The notes below the pieces were generated by a model that ran no database searches, was not told where the DNA came from, and saw only the letters and a list, made by a program, of their open reading frames with translations. Of a stretch of DNA of 64,000 bases, positions 23,926 to 38,000 are shown piece by piece. Position 1 is the stretch's first letter. Every line of letters begins with the position of its first letter. Source of the DNA: Zancudomyces culisetae HAW-14-8. Taxonomy: Eukaryota > Fungi > Kickxellomycota. The position numbers and the translations under genes are program-made. The stretch spans positions 3,162,001 through 3,226,000 of the forward strand of contig JBNJNM010000021.1 of assembly GCA_052426225.1 (NCBI GenBank). Direction: 5' to 3'.

Positions 23926-25647
23926 TTTATTACTCGTTTTTCTTTGTTTATTTACTTAATTTGTATATAGGTACAGTGTATGTGATACTTGTTTTTGTAT
24001 TATACTTCTTTGTTTTGTATTTTTTCTGACTAAACCAGTTTAAAGTATCTGCTTTTCAAATTAGCTAAAAGTTATTAATTCGTAAAGTTGGTTGATGTTG
24101 GTTTTATGAACTATAATAGCAACAAGTATTTGTTTGTTGTAAAGACTCTGATTCTAGAGTTAGTTTATATTTGAAGAGAAATATTGAAAAACTACATTCG
24201 GAAATTGATGACCAAAATAAACTGCCATTGAAATGTTCATAGCCCTGACTTTTTACTATTATTATTTCCTCTTTAAAGGACAACATTTAACTTTATATAT
24301 CAAATAAATTTAATTGATAATCTTGAGGAACAAAATGTTAATAAATATTATCAATGCTTTGAATAACATTTTTGACGAAAGATGTGGTTCATATTTATCC
24401 TCGTGTACCACTTTTCTATTTCATTTGCATTGAACCAACTAAAACATTTATTTTCAAAGCTTTAATATTAGGGTTGGCAAATTAAATGCACATCTTTTGC
24501 GTTTCGGATATAACCAGTTATTGGAATATATTAAATAAATGCAGCTCTCCACCTCCCCATAAATTTCCCAATAGGCCATTTTTGCTTTTCATTAATAATA
24601 TTTTATTTTACAACTTTGTAGAGGTTAAAGAATAGGAGTGATTAAATGTGTCTTACATTTTATTTTTTTAACACCTTGGATTTGACCACATGTATGAACT
24701 GCTCTCATAATAACACACAGAACTGTTGAGATAAATTTCGGATAGGAGGGAGTAAGGAAAGGACAGGAATTGTATTGGGCGGAAAGTAGGTATCTAATCT
24801 AACGGACCTGATGTTTTCGGTGATTTTTTTTCTACTGGCTTTACTATTATCAGGTTTTATTGTTATTAGCTGAGGACACCATTGCAAGCCACCGACTCGC
24901 TTTTACTATTCTGAGTTAACATACAAATCTACTTTTGAAGTAATCTCACTTGCAAATTATTGTAACTCTTGTACTCTAAAATATTGATATACTTAATTTA
25001 AGCTTTATGATTATCTATATCTGACTTTTAAATATACACATTATAGTATAAATAATGAAGGAATATGTAAATATGGTGTAGCAAAGATACCAAATTGTTT
25101 GGTGAATTGGACAAAGGGTAGTTGTGTGTTTTATTTTTTGTTAATTGTTTATAAAAACCTTTTCTTACTTTTAGATGGATTCACTAGGAAAGGATTCATT
25201 GAAAATAAAATGCCCTGTTATAACTGTGGGTAACTAGCTATATTTTTGCTATATTGTTGTATGTTAGGAAGGACAGGACAAGGCTATTCACCAAAATTGG
25301 AATAGTCCCATGATTTGAATGTACAAAAATGGTTAAACAGTCAAAAAAAACAAAATACAGATTTTTTTTAAATTGGATTTTACTGGTGAAAGCTCAAATA
25401 CACGTAATCATAATCCGCAGTTTTATCTAACCACTAATTCTCGCGATTGTCAGGAACAAAATGTAAACGTAATAGGAAATAGGAAATAGGAAATAGGAAA
25501 TTGAAAAAAAAGGTACGATAAAGTAACAAAAAAAATTGGGAAATAAGAAAAAGAAACAATATAAAGACTTTTATATTTTAATAGGTTATTTATAAAACTA
25601 TATACAAGAATATTGCATTGAACTTTTAATAATTAACATAGTGAAGA

Positions 25648-28600
25648 ATGGGAGTTCCGAAATTTTTCAGATGGCTGGGGTAATTTATTATTGTGATTTA
25701 CAAAACATGTATAGTAAAAAGAAAAAACCAACAGAATGTTTATAGAATTATAATTAATGTTTCTGAACATAAAATAGTGAAAGATACCCAACAATTCTAC
25801 AGCTTGTAGAGGAGGACACGATTCCAGAGTTTGGTAAATACAATTCCGAATATTGATTCATGTTTGTGTAAAAAGTAGGGTATTTTTTTTATATAAAAAA
25901 TGAAAATGAAAATGAAACAAGGATAATAAAGTGGAATGGATTTGTGGGAAATGTGCAAATAGATAATTTATACTTGGATATGAATGGTATTGTACATCAT
26001 TGTACACACAGCAATGAGGGAGATGGAAATTTAGGACTGACGGAGAATGAAATGTTTTACGATATATTCAAGTATATTGAAAAAATATTTTACAAGATCA
26101 AGCCAAAGAATGTGTTTTATCTGGCGGTAGATGGGGTGGCGCCGCGAGCAAAGATGAATGAGCAAAGAGCACGTCGGTTCAGAAAAGTAAAAGAGGTGCG
26201 GGAGTTTAGAGAGAAGGAAAAACGAAAGGGGCGAGAAATAGTGGCAAATGACACGGAGTTTGACTCGAACTGTATCACGCCGGGGACTGAGTTCATGCGA
26301 AGGCTTAGCGAACATCTTGGATATTTTATCAGGAAGAAGATTACAGAGGATTTGGGGTGGAGAAATGTAGAAGTGATATTTTCAGGAAGTGATGTTCCAG
26401 GAGAAGGTGAACATAAGATTATGGAGTTCATAAGGTACCAGAAAAGCAAGGAAGAGCATCCGTCAAATACGCGGCATTGTTTGTATGGGTTGGATGCAGA
26501 TTTGATGATTTTAGGATTGACACTGCATGAGCCGCATATGTCGCTGTTGAGAGAGGAGGTGAGGTTTACCAGAAGCAGAGCATCAGATAAAAACAAAAAG
26601 GAGGCAGAAAAGTTTTATTTGTTACACTTGTCATTGGTTAGGGAGTATTTGGAGTATGAGTTCGAGGTACTTAAAGAGGTAGAATATCAGAAGGGAGATG
26701 TAGGATATGATATTGAAAGAGTGATAGATGATTTTGTTATGTTGACAATGCTTGTGGGTAACGATTTTATGAGGCACTTACCAGGGTTTCATCTTGGAGA
26801 GGGGATGTTGGAGAGACTGGTAGAAATGTACTGCAAGTCGAGAGCAAAGATAGGAGGGTATTTGCATGATGCCGGAAAGTTGGATTTAAAGGTGTTTCAG
26901 AAGTTTTTGGGAGAGATGAAGGTATTGGATGTGGAGTATTATGAGAGAGAAAACTCAGGGATGGGGATGGAAGGGGGGTTGAAAATTGAGGAGGAGATGG
27001 AGATGATTATTGACCAGGTAGAGAAGTTTTGTTTGACAATAAACAAAGAGGGAAACAAAGAAAAAACACAGGAGCTGTTGCTTGGGCCAAGAAACAGTGG
27101 AATAGCGTATGAGATGGTAGTGAAGATAGGAAGAGAGTTGGGATTAGATGTACAGGAGGATATTAGGATGAGTGGAGAAGCAGGTGTTTACGAAGACAGT
27201 GATGAATCTGATGATGATTTTATGGGAGGAGGGGGAGCGGGAGCGGGATTAATCAGAGTTACGAATATGAGAAGGGGAGATTTATTTGAAACACAGAAAA
27301 GAGGAGTATATGAAATGAATGGTAAAGCGATTAGTGAGACCATGAAAAAGTATCGAAGAGAAATTCAACGAAGTGTGATGGAAGAGGAAGAGAGGATTGC
27401 CAAGTGGAAAGCGGAATACTATGAGCAAAAGATGGGAATAAGGGACAATGATGGAGTGAAAAAAGTAGTGGAGGAATATGTGAAGGTGCTGATGTGGGTA
27501 CTACAGTACTACTACCAAGGAGTTCCATCGTGGAGATACTATTATTGCTACCACTATAGTCCAATGGTGAGTGATTTGGAAAAGTATGGGGTGGAGCAAT
27601 TTGAGAAAATAACGTTTAAGAGGGATGAGCCATACAAACCACTCGAGCAGCTGATGGTGGTTCTACCAGCAGGATCCAGTTCGCTGGTTCCACGCCCACT
27701 GCAATGGTTGATGTTGGACAAGGAATCGCCGGTTGTAGATTTGTATCCCGAGGAGTTCAGCACAGATCTGAATGGCAAGAGGAATGATTGGGAGGCAGTG
27801 GTGTTGCTGGAGTTTGTGGATATGGAGCGAATTATCCGTGCGATGAAATCGCAGCTATCCAAGCTGGATGCCAAGGAGAAACAGCGCAACCAACGGGGCA
27901 AGGCATATTTGTTTTCATACAAGTTTATGAAGGATTCGGCAGGGATGGCCAGTACATTGCCGGGAATACTTCCAAATCTTCGGAATGTTGACTGTGAGGT
28001 GATTGAATATGAGGTCCCCAGTTGGCTGCCTCGCGAAAAGCTTAAGAGAGGGTTGACTAAAGGGACGCGAACGGGAATTGGGATGTTACCAGGGTTTCCA
28101 ACACTGCAGTCGATAGCGCACAGCATTGATAAGGGAAACCATGGAGTGACAGTGTTTGGGTACTCAGCCAAGGGAATGACAGTGATGGTGCGAGTAATTG
28201 AACCGGGATACAGTAGTGATGACATTGAACAAACCATTGGGAGGTTGCTATATACTGAGGGTGATGGACAAGTGTTTGTGGGATACCCATACCTCCGTCA
28301 AGCTAAAGTGGTAGGAGTGTCTACAGTACATGGACTGTATATCCGAGGCAAGGGACATAATGCAGTTGATTTCCGACCATTTACAGCGCCAAATGCACAT
28401 TCGAAATGGCAGAAACGAGCCGACTCGATTTCGTACAAGCTCCGAGCAAAACAAGCCATATCAGCATCAACGCAGATATTGGTGCATGTGTTGCCGTTTG
28501 AAAAGATGGTGTTGACAGAAGACGGTTCGCTATTGCGCACCTATGGACAAGCTGGACATGCTACGCAATTACACGATCCAAATTTGTGCCACGAATGGGC

Positions 28601-29876
28601 GTTTACCCATCCGTTTGCACTTGTGCTTACCCGACCCGCGATTCAGGCCCGGTTTGCATCGGTGAGATCACAGTTTAAGGGAGCTGAGAAGTTGATGTTG
28701 CCCGAGTGGGCCGAAGATCCACGATACAAGGAGAAATATTTGCCAAACGCACAAGAAGAGTTCAGCAGCATGGATCATGCGTACTTCCTTTCGCGACCAT
28801 TCTACGGTGGGCATTTCCTTGTACATGAAGTCAACGCGCACAACAATACTATCAGTGGTGCACTTGGTGTGCCCAAGGACTACGCCGTCTACAACACCGT
28901 TGCTAGGCTGGGACACAAGGCACTTCAGCCCCCTCCACATCCCCACCACGCCTATAACCCTGACGACGATGATACAGCTTACTATCCATCGTTTGTTATT
29001 GGCCGGCGCTTTGGGGTTAGCAGTCTGACTATTTCTCGGCTGGCGTCGTCAATGATCTTTGACAACCCATATTTCAAAACCAAGTCGGACCGATCCTCGT
29101 TTGTTCTGGGTCTATCACTAAAAGTCGATGCGAAAAACCTGCGAGTGCCTGGGTATACTTTCAAGAACGAGAATGGGTGGGCGTATTCACGAAAGGCTGT
29201 TGGGCTATTTGAGCAATACTTTCACAGCTTTAAACCGGATCTGCTTATTCTTGACAAGTTGTTTACTAGCAAGAGTAGCAATTCTACACGAACGTTTACA
29301 ACTCTGGAGAACCTTGTTGATGCTGGCCTGACTCTCAAGCGCCTGGGTCAGATCAGTACTTTTGTTTCCAAACTGTTGGTTTCCAATTCCGTTCCTTCTC
29401 TTGAAAGCGCCAACAATCAGTACTTTACCGACTCACAGCTGCGTTGGCTCCAAACTTCTCCTTCTCTTAAATCTAATCACCGCCGCCGCAACGACCCCAA
29501 CTCTCCTACTGCTTCTTCCAAACCACCAACTAACATTCCGTACTATGTCATCAAAAAACGCAATGTTCGATGCCAAGCGGTTCTAAAACCATCTGACAAC
29601 CGCCTGCGCCTGACCAACCAGGTATTTGATCTTGGCGACTATGTCAAGCTCATCAACAATGAAGGTTTGTTACTTCCTCCAGGTGTTTGTGGGTATGTAG
29701 TTGGATTGAATTACGATATGGGATCGGCAAAGATTTTTTGGGATACTGCAATGTATAACTATGTTGGTGGGAGCAAGAAGAACGACAATGATAAGTTGAT
29801 TGGACTTTCTGATCTTTTGGACATTGATTTTGTCTGTCTGCTTAATCTGTCTAACCGCCAGTATTTTGTTGAATAA
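25648..29876 (+). CDS. XRN1: 5'-3' exoribonuclease 1; exons 25648-25679, 25778-25833, 25963-29876
   Basis: The spliced N-terminus reads MGVPKFFRWLGERYP...IPEFDNLYLDMNGIVH via two GT-AG introns. Motifs DGVAPRAK, FDSNCITPGT, GEGEHKI, GLDADL and GNDF, plus an Xrn1-type C-terminal extension. Confidence 0.95.
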
Positions 29877-32630
29877 TCCTGTTTCCTATTTCCTATTTTG
29901 ATTCTTTTTGTTTTTATTTTTATTTTTATTGTTGGTGTTAAAGAGTTTACTGTTAATCTAGTTTATAATATTGCATTTGTCTAAATATTTGAATGAAATG
30001 AAATAAACATCTTTAAACTTGTGGAATAAAATTTTTTTTTGTATAATCTCAATGATGTATATTTATAAAAGTTGGAGGATAACAAGGTAGTAGAAAACAA
30101 TGAAATTCTAAAAACTATTTTGTTGATTGGAAAATGCCTTCCACACCCACACCCACACCCATATAACATCGCATCACATCACATTACATTACTTACAATT
30201 TTATTCAATTCAGCTTGAATTGGTGTTTTTGAGTTACTAGGAATAAAAATTGTGAAATGTATTCACGATAAAAGAGATGATGGTTAGAAATAATAGAATA
30301 AAAGAAGCGTGTGAGTGACTCTTTTTTTTTTTTTTTTGTTTAAAAAAGTAATTGATCATATAAAACTGAAACCACAACAAAATTCCCCTTTTGTTGCAAG
30401 GATTTTATATCTTACTGGAGAGATTTATGTTTAAAGTATTGAATTTGTAAAATATTCAGACTAGTTTATAATCTAGATCGATAATAGTTTAGGTTGTTTT
30501 TACTTTCTTTTTAACAAATTATGTACGTACATTTACATATATATACATTTACATAGACATATATAAATTATAAATATATGGATGGGTGTATTCTGACGGA
30601 GGGGAAGGAAGGAAAAAAAAAGTTTTAACGTACAATATACATTTTTCTTGTGTTACAAAAAGAGTATTAGATAATTAAATATGTATTTTATAAAAGCTTA
30701 GCAATAACCCCCCCTCCCCACCCACCTCCCGGCCATTCCACCCCTTCCTCTCTCTCTTACGCACTCCTCTCCACTTACCCATTACTCCAAAAAAAGATAA
30801 AAAACTAATAACAAAAAACAAAAAACAAAAAACTGAGTAATTGATTATAAAATTATCATTTGTTGTTATAAACCTGAATTACGATTAGTTTGTAATCAAG
30901 ATCAAAAACGATCGTCCACAAGCTGGATTTTTTATATTTAGCAACTTATTTTAGTTTTGGGCTTTTACCATTTATGGCATATATATATATACATATATAG
31001 TTGGGATATTTTTAATACTGGGTGGAAATGAAAAACACATCGAGTTTATCAATTTCGAAACCAAATGAAACTGAAATGATCTTTTATGGCGGTTACAATA
31101 CCAAAAAAAAGTTTTTTTATATATATTTTTGGTATATTATGATCTAGAATATAGATTATTCCATAATTAAATTAATAATTCACATTGAATAAAGAAAATA
31201 GAATCGTGGAGTGGAAAATTGGGGGGACATGGAGGGGGTGAGGGGTGGGGAAAGAGCGAGAGAATAAAAAGGTCTAGTCCTTATATTTATTGAATTTGTT
31301 GTGGTGGGGGGGAGGGGGCTGCGATGGGGAAGGGTGCAGGAAGCCAGAGGAAAGACGAGAGAATAATTGATAAATGGTCTCTGATGTTATTCTTTATCTT
31401 TATTACTGTTCATATTTAGAAAACAATACCTAGGGTATGGATAGTTTAGTTTAGTTTAGTTTACTAGCCAAAAGTAGATGTATTTTTGGATCTAGACACT
31501 GAAATCAATTTATTGTTTTTTGGTTATTGACTAGAGAAATTTCTTTCTAAAGAATAGAAAAAGAAGAAAATAGTTATATTTATTCGTTACTAAATATAAT
31601 GTTCTGGAATATAATGGTAGAGTAAAATTCCTACAAAAGAAAGAAAAAACATTGTAATAAGCTAGCAGTCAGAAATTAAAAATGGATCGAGATAAAGTTG
31701 AGAGAGATTGTGTATGTGTGTGTGGAATATGGGGGGGGGGGGAGGAAGGGAAGTGTTAGAGTTAGACTGGGTGCGTGAAGGAGGGTTGGGTTGAAAAAAA
31801 CTTCAAGGCAAGATAAAACGAATTTAGGTGAGAATATCACAAGCAACAAAACAATCTATCTTGTAGATTAGTGAAAAGTGGGTAACTATGGTTGTGTTGT
31901 ATAAGGATTCTTTTGTTTACTCTTACATGATTTCTGGTGAGTGCATGGCTTGAAATTATCTTGTGACACCTACTTACTTTTGTTATCACCTTGGTGGTAT
32001 TCATAAATACCTCGAGGTAGTTTTCAAACCATTAAAATGGAAATAAAAATAAAAATAAAAATAAAAATATAATTACAACGCAAATACTTTGTGTTGTGAT
32101 ATATTGTGTTGAAAGATCTTATGTGTAACCATAAGTTGGTCTTGTAACAGTAAGCTCGGCAAATACCTGGTTAAGAGGAACGAGTCACCGGCTCTATTAA
32201 CACCACAATCGATTTTACAATATCCTTATGGTTGCTATTTTGTGTGTAGTATTTTTTACAGTGCTACCCCTTCTTCTTTTCCTTCTCCTTTCCCCACCTT
32301 TTCTTTCATACCAAAATAAATATCTCGCCATTACAATAAATAATAACCAAACTATATTGAAAAAAAATGGTGAAAGTTTACTCGTGAAAACAGAGGTTAG
32401 GAGGGAGGAGAAGAAAGAAAGAAAGAAAGAAAAAAAAAGGTTACAAATCAACAGTTGAAAACTAGAACCAAATCTATCCACAGATTTAATGTTCTATAAT
32501 TTAATTCATGAAAACAGTTGGAATTTACAAACTAATTATTTATTTTTGTTTTGCTATTTTTTTTTTTACTGCATTAATATTTTGTCAACAACACAAATTC
32601 TAAAATATGCTCATCTTATGTAAGAACATA

Positions 32631-32672
<42 letters not shown>

Positions 32673-32915
32673 AATTTCAAAGGTACAAAAAATTCACACA
32701 CTTATTATACTGTCTTTTTTTTATACCATAATTATTTATATTACTATTCTCAAGAAAAAAAAAATCCCTTGAGAGTTAAATATACAACTTGCTAATATAA
32801 AAACTAATAGACTACATATGGCAATAATACAGCCACGCTTATTCTAAAAATTGCGAAAATATTTCTCTCACACACGCACGCACACACGCACACACGCGCA
32901 CAACAGTAGAATATC

Positions 32916-34835
32916 ATGGTTTCGGTAATGGAGAGAATAGCTCTATATGAAAAAAAAGCCAAGGAAAGCACTGCGATAAAATATCCAGTGTCCACCTCCG
33001 TTTCCGGCAACGATTCTGTCTCTGCCTCTGCTTCTGCTTCAACTTTGGTCTCACCTTCTTCATCTACCCTAAATTCCTCAGTATCCACACCAGATGTGAA
33101 CACTATTACAACTACCGATGGTAAAAGTGATAAGAACACGTTTGAAACAAGTACTCTCGATTCTGCACTGGCAAAAATCAGCAACCTTCAACTAGACTAC
33201 CAACTAGACGGTGGTGAATTTCAGCTAGATTCAAAATTTATAGTTAATTCCGAGAATAATGAATTTGATAACGCTGACTTTGCAAAACTAGATAGCGATA
33301 GTAACGTAACTATAGTAGAAACCCTTCAAAATATCAAACAGCAACAAAAACAACAAGAAGAAGAAGAGCAGGAACAAAAACAAAAACAAAAAGTAAAACA
33401 AGTTGAACAGGCCAAAGAGCAAGCACATGGTCAGGATCAGAATCAGGAACAAGTACAGGATAAAAAACCTAGGAAAAAGAGTTCTATAGGAAGTAGAGAG
33501 GGATTAAGCAGTAGACTTCGGCACCGTAAAGAACAGCAAGGAAAAACAATGCCATCAACCAACGGTAATTCTAGTGCCACAGATAATAATGTTGAAAAAT
33601 CAGAAATAGGAACATCGCTATTATCGCCTAGTTCCTCCAAGGAGTCCACACCAGAAACCAATGAAATAGCAGCTGGTATACAAACGGAAAATAGGTATAC
33701 TTCCAACACAGAGGCACAGAAAAGCGAGCCAGTGTTAGCAACCAAGAAAAGCATTAGTGGTGGGGGTGGAGGAGGGTTAATGGCAATGAAACCTTCACAG
33801 ATTGATCGGTTAACCAGTTTGAATACACGTATGAATTCAAAGTACATGCATTGCAACATACGATATGTTACAATTAAGCTTAACGTTGAGCGACCTGCTA
33901 ATTTCGTTCAGGTTGAAACTACCACGGGAGATAAAGGGGGCAACACTGGCATATCCAAAAAAGAGAATGAAGAAGAAAAGGAACTGGATGTAAACGAACA
34001 AGTAGATCCGGGATGTCCTGACGCGAGCGATGATTGTGGTAATGAAGAAGAAGAAGAAGGTAAAGAGGAAGAGGAGGAAGAAGAAAAAGAAGAAATTGGT
34101 TATGTGATGTATAAAAGAATGTGGGAGTCTGAAGAAAGCGTGGGTATGGATGGTAGTGTTAGCCAGGAACTTGTCTGCAAATCTGATAATCCAAAAATAA
34201 TAGACACATTTCTAATTCCGGCTGATAATGGGGGAAACAATGAAAGTGTACACGAAGAGGAAGGCGGTGTCTCAGAACTCACAAATGCTTCACGAATGGA
34301 TAGAGTATTAGAAGAAAGCACTTTTAATCTAGATAATGACAACAGCGATATGGTTAACCAAAGGGAATTGGATGTGTTAGAGAGTTATACCATGGAAACG
34401 AGTATGGAAAAACAGCATGAAAAGAATAGCAATACGCCTTGTAAGAATTTTGTTAAAGTCAGGTGGGGAAATATAGACATTTTCAACCCCAACTACAAAA
34501 TCAAAGCTGAGGACACACCATGTACAGAAAATGGAGACGGAGATGATACGACGAGGAGGCCAGGTAGTATTTTGGTGACAACGGAGACCAAGAAGAAGAA
34601 AATGGTGGTGGTGTCAGAGGGAGAGGAAGAGGGTTCATCTGCAGGTGCTGAGAGTGGAGGAGGGATTAATTGTTTTAATGCAAAACGAGTTGGCACCAAT
34701 AGCGATGCCAAAGGCAGTAGTAGTAGTAGTAGTAGTAGTAGACATGGAGGTGAGGATACTAATGAAGAAAGTGGTATAGTTCTAGTTAAACGGTTCGAGT
34801 ATTTAAATGATACCAAAAAGGACCTGGACGATTAA
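32916..34835 (+). CDS. Low-complexity Ser/Glu/Gln-rich hypothetical protein
   Basis: 639-aa ATG-initiated ORF, largely disordered in composition. No recognisable domain. Confidence 0.75.
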   Translation: MVSVMERIALYEKKAKESTAIKYPVSTSVSGNDSVSASASASTLVSPSSSTLNSSVSTPDVNTITTTDGKSDKNTFETSTLDSALAKISNLQLDYQLDGGEFQLDSKFIVNSENNEFDNADFAKLDSDSNVTIVETLQNIKQQQKQQEEEEQEQKQKQKVKQVEQAKEQAHGQDQNQEQVQDKKPRKKSSIGSREGLSSRLRHRKEQQGKTMPSTNGNSSATDNNVEKSEIGTSLLSPSSSKESTPETNEIAAGIQTENRYTSNTEAQKSEPVLATKKSISGGGGGGLMAMKPSQIDRLTSLNTRMNSKYMHCNIRYVTIKLNVERPANFVQVETTTGDKGGNTGISKKENEEEKELDVNEQVDPGCPDASDDCGNEEEEEGKEEEEEEEKEEIGYVMYKRMWESEESVGMDGSVSQELVCKSDNPKIIDTFLIPADNGGNNESVHEEEGGVSELTNASRMDRVLEESTFNLDNDNSDMVNQRELDVLESYTMETSMEKQHEKNSNTPCKNFVKVRWGNIDIFNPNYKIKAEDTPCTENGDGDDTTRRPGSILVTTETKKKKMVVVSEGEEEGSSAGAESGGGINCFNAKRVGTNSDAKGSSSSSSSSRHGGEDTNEESGIVLVKRFEYLNDTKKDLDD

Positions 34836-35042
34836 TAAAATAGAATATGAACTAATGGGAATACAAAGTCATAAAGAAATAAGACAAGAAGTGTAAATGT
34901 AATATATATTAAAAACCAAAACAAGTTGGGTCAAGACAAGTCTAGCTGTAGTCAAAAATAAAACAAAGTAGAATAAAATAAGATTAGATTAGATTATAAT
35001 AGAATAGAATATAATAGAATGAAGTGAGTCCGATGACTGATA

Positions 35043-38000
35043 TTAAAAAGTATTAGCAGGACTAGCAGTAGTGGTAGCAGTAGTAGCAGTGGTAGTAGAA
35101 ACAGGGTATGATAGAGGTGGTTGTGGTAATACTTGTGGAGGTTTCCAACCAAGAGCAAAACCCTTCTGGTACATATCTTCTAACTTTGACTCAAACAAGC
35201 CCAACGATTGTAATTCTTGGTATTTTTTATATAGCTTTAATGCCTATTTTAGTATCAAAACAAAATTTATTAATATTGCTAAACTCCACCACCCCCCCCT
35301 TCCCTCCCCTCCAATCTCCCTTTTTTTTAATATTTTAATTTCTTTATAATTGTTTATAAATATCTTTTTAATAATAATGGTAATAATGATGATAATGATA
35401 GCGAGTAACTTACAGTTACTGAATCTTCTATACTACAATGTTCGGATTGTTGGATATATGTATCCAAAAAGTACCAAGCCAAAAATTTCAAATTGACCAA
35501 CCTATCGCAAAGTTAATATTACAGTGTTAATATAGATAAATAGATTTTTGTTTTTGTTTTGTTTTAATTTATGTTACCTCAAATACTTGGGCGACTGGAA
35601 CAACACAGTAGTATTGACAACTTGGCGTTTGGGTACATGAATGTTGATTGTCCGGAAATCAGATTCCAAACCGTGGCCTATAAACGTAGTATGGTTATCG
35701 ACAAGATACCGCAGCTTCTTGTAGCAGTGTTTGAACGAAACAAGATTGTAATTACTCGTAGCTGGATCCAAATCACCCTCGCGGATTCCTGAATATTCTG
35801 TCAAATAATTTGCAATTGGTACCGTTGTCAAGATATAATCGTCAATAAACGGCACACCAGAATTTATCACTATGCTAGTACCATTGTTGGGGATCTCTGT
35901 TGATGTTGATTCTGATGTTGACTCTGATGTTGATGTTGATTCTGATGCTGATGCTGGTACAGATACAGATGCAAGTGTAGGTATGGTAACAGTTACTGGA
36001 TTTACTCGAACTACACTCAGCCGCGCCAGACTATGTGTCTTTGGTCGATGTAGCGACAAAGCTCCAGAACTATGCACTTCGGTTTCCGCATCCGCCAACA
36101 AAACAAACTCGGCATCCATGGCACACACAAATGTACCCGCTTGGATTTGGTCAAGTTCCTCCAGAGTTAGAGGGTACACCGCCTTGCTTGGATCATGTGG
36201 TTCCCTGCCACCACCACCACCACCACCACTATCTCTGGGAGAAGCTGTGGTCGTTGCGTTGATGAGCCTGTTTGCTTTGCCGGGTTTGGCAGCTTTGCCC
36301 TTCGGCTTGGCACCGCCTTGCAGCTGCTGCTTTCCTTGTTTGAACTTTGAGGCCTTTTGTTTTTTACCTTGTAGTTTCTTTGCCATTGTAATATTTCCAG
36401 ATTGAATAAATCTTGAAATGTTTTTTTCATCCTCACTGTTGGACTGCGACTCGGAGTTATCAAGTGATGACGATAATCTAAACAGATCTATCGGCTCAGT
36501 AAACTGAGATTTCAGGTAATCTAGGGCCTGGAGCTGATGTGTATTTGCATCGGCACTAGCGCCTGTTGTTCGGTAGAAGAAAATACTGGGTACCCGCTGG
36601 TCTGACGCAAATTGGAATATTTGGTGAACGTTTTGGCTAGGAATAGGTTCCACACAAAAATCATTAAACAGGTACCACGTCTTGGTGGCTTGGTCGTACA
36701 GATGAACCACTAGATAACCCTTTTTGCTGCATATCTGTGCAGACTCCAGATCACCACCACCCAACCCAACAAGGTTACTGCTACTACCTATGCTGCTCCC
36801 ACTAGATGTCTTGGCGTGTCCCATGATTGCTTTTTTCGTTGGTTTTATAGAGTCCCGACCTGGACTAACACTTCCATATCCACTGTTGGCGGCAACAATA
36901 GAGTCAAATGTTAGGTTGGGCTTGATTTCTGAGATTATTGCAAGTAATTCATAGCTTTTACCCGTGTCGCCCTTATTGTCCGTTTCTACTGGGGTCTCTT
37001 CTTTATGGTCTGTTACTATGTACCCATTGTTCGCTGCGTTGGCCATAACATGTAGTTTTTCGGGAACCCAACAGCTATTCTTGCCCGCCTCACTAAAAGC
37101 AGGCTGTAGGTTTTTCCACCAATCCGATTTGTCACCCGCTGTATCCTGCGAATGTCCCGATGCCACACCTTTGTCTTGCTTTAGAGAATCATTAATACCA
37201 ACACCGATACCGATACCAGTTCCGCTGCCAGCGCTAGCCCCAGTTCCAGCCCCAGGTCCGGTATTGGTACGTTGGGTCGTAACTGTAGGCAGTATTAGTG
37301 GGCTGTTTATCGCAATGTATTCACCTGGATATCCTGCAAGACGTCTGGATAGCCTGGCCCGATTATAGCATTTACACTTTGCACATACCACACCCGATCC
37401 GCTCTCGGTTGTAGTCAGACTCAGATCAACCAGCCTGGCAAACGACAACTGCTCACGCATCTTTTTGATGCTTGACTTTAGCGCTGTGCTAATTAGTGCA
37501 TTGTCAGTATTGTACATCCCGCTAAACCCACGCGATAACTCTACTGCAAACGCCCGAGTGCTGTGGCTAATTATATACCCACAACCGCTACATTCGATCT
37601 CTGTCGTAATTGGAATTCCCATTTCCGTTTCAATGTACTTGAATGGAACAACATTACTGCCATTACTACCACTACCACCACCACCGTCATCATCATCATG
37701 ACCACCACCAACGCTGCTGTTTTCTATTGGCTTGATAAGACTCTGCATGTTTATTGTCTCCAAAATAAACCGAAACGCAGATTGAACAAGCCGGGTATAT
37801 GGCAACGGCGCACTGTTACTACTAGGAAGCTCCGGCTCCAAAATATTTAGTGCTCCCGCCTTTGCATCACACCCAATCAGCCGCAGCACATTGGTTGCTT
37901 GGCAATTTGCACCTTCACTGTCTCTAAGCATACTATTCAAGAATCCAAGCTCACACAACAAGCAGCTTTCCAACTCACATTTGGTGCGACTATGGTAGAT

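Noticed and set aside
25471-25500. (AATAGGA)4 upstream of XRN1, with a short inverted copy near 29882, as terminal repeats or telomere relic
   Set aside because: A simple minisatellite in a repeat-prone region. It is too short and has no TSD.
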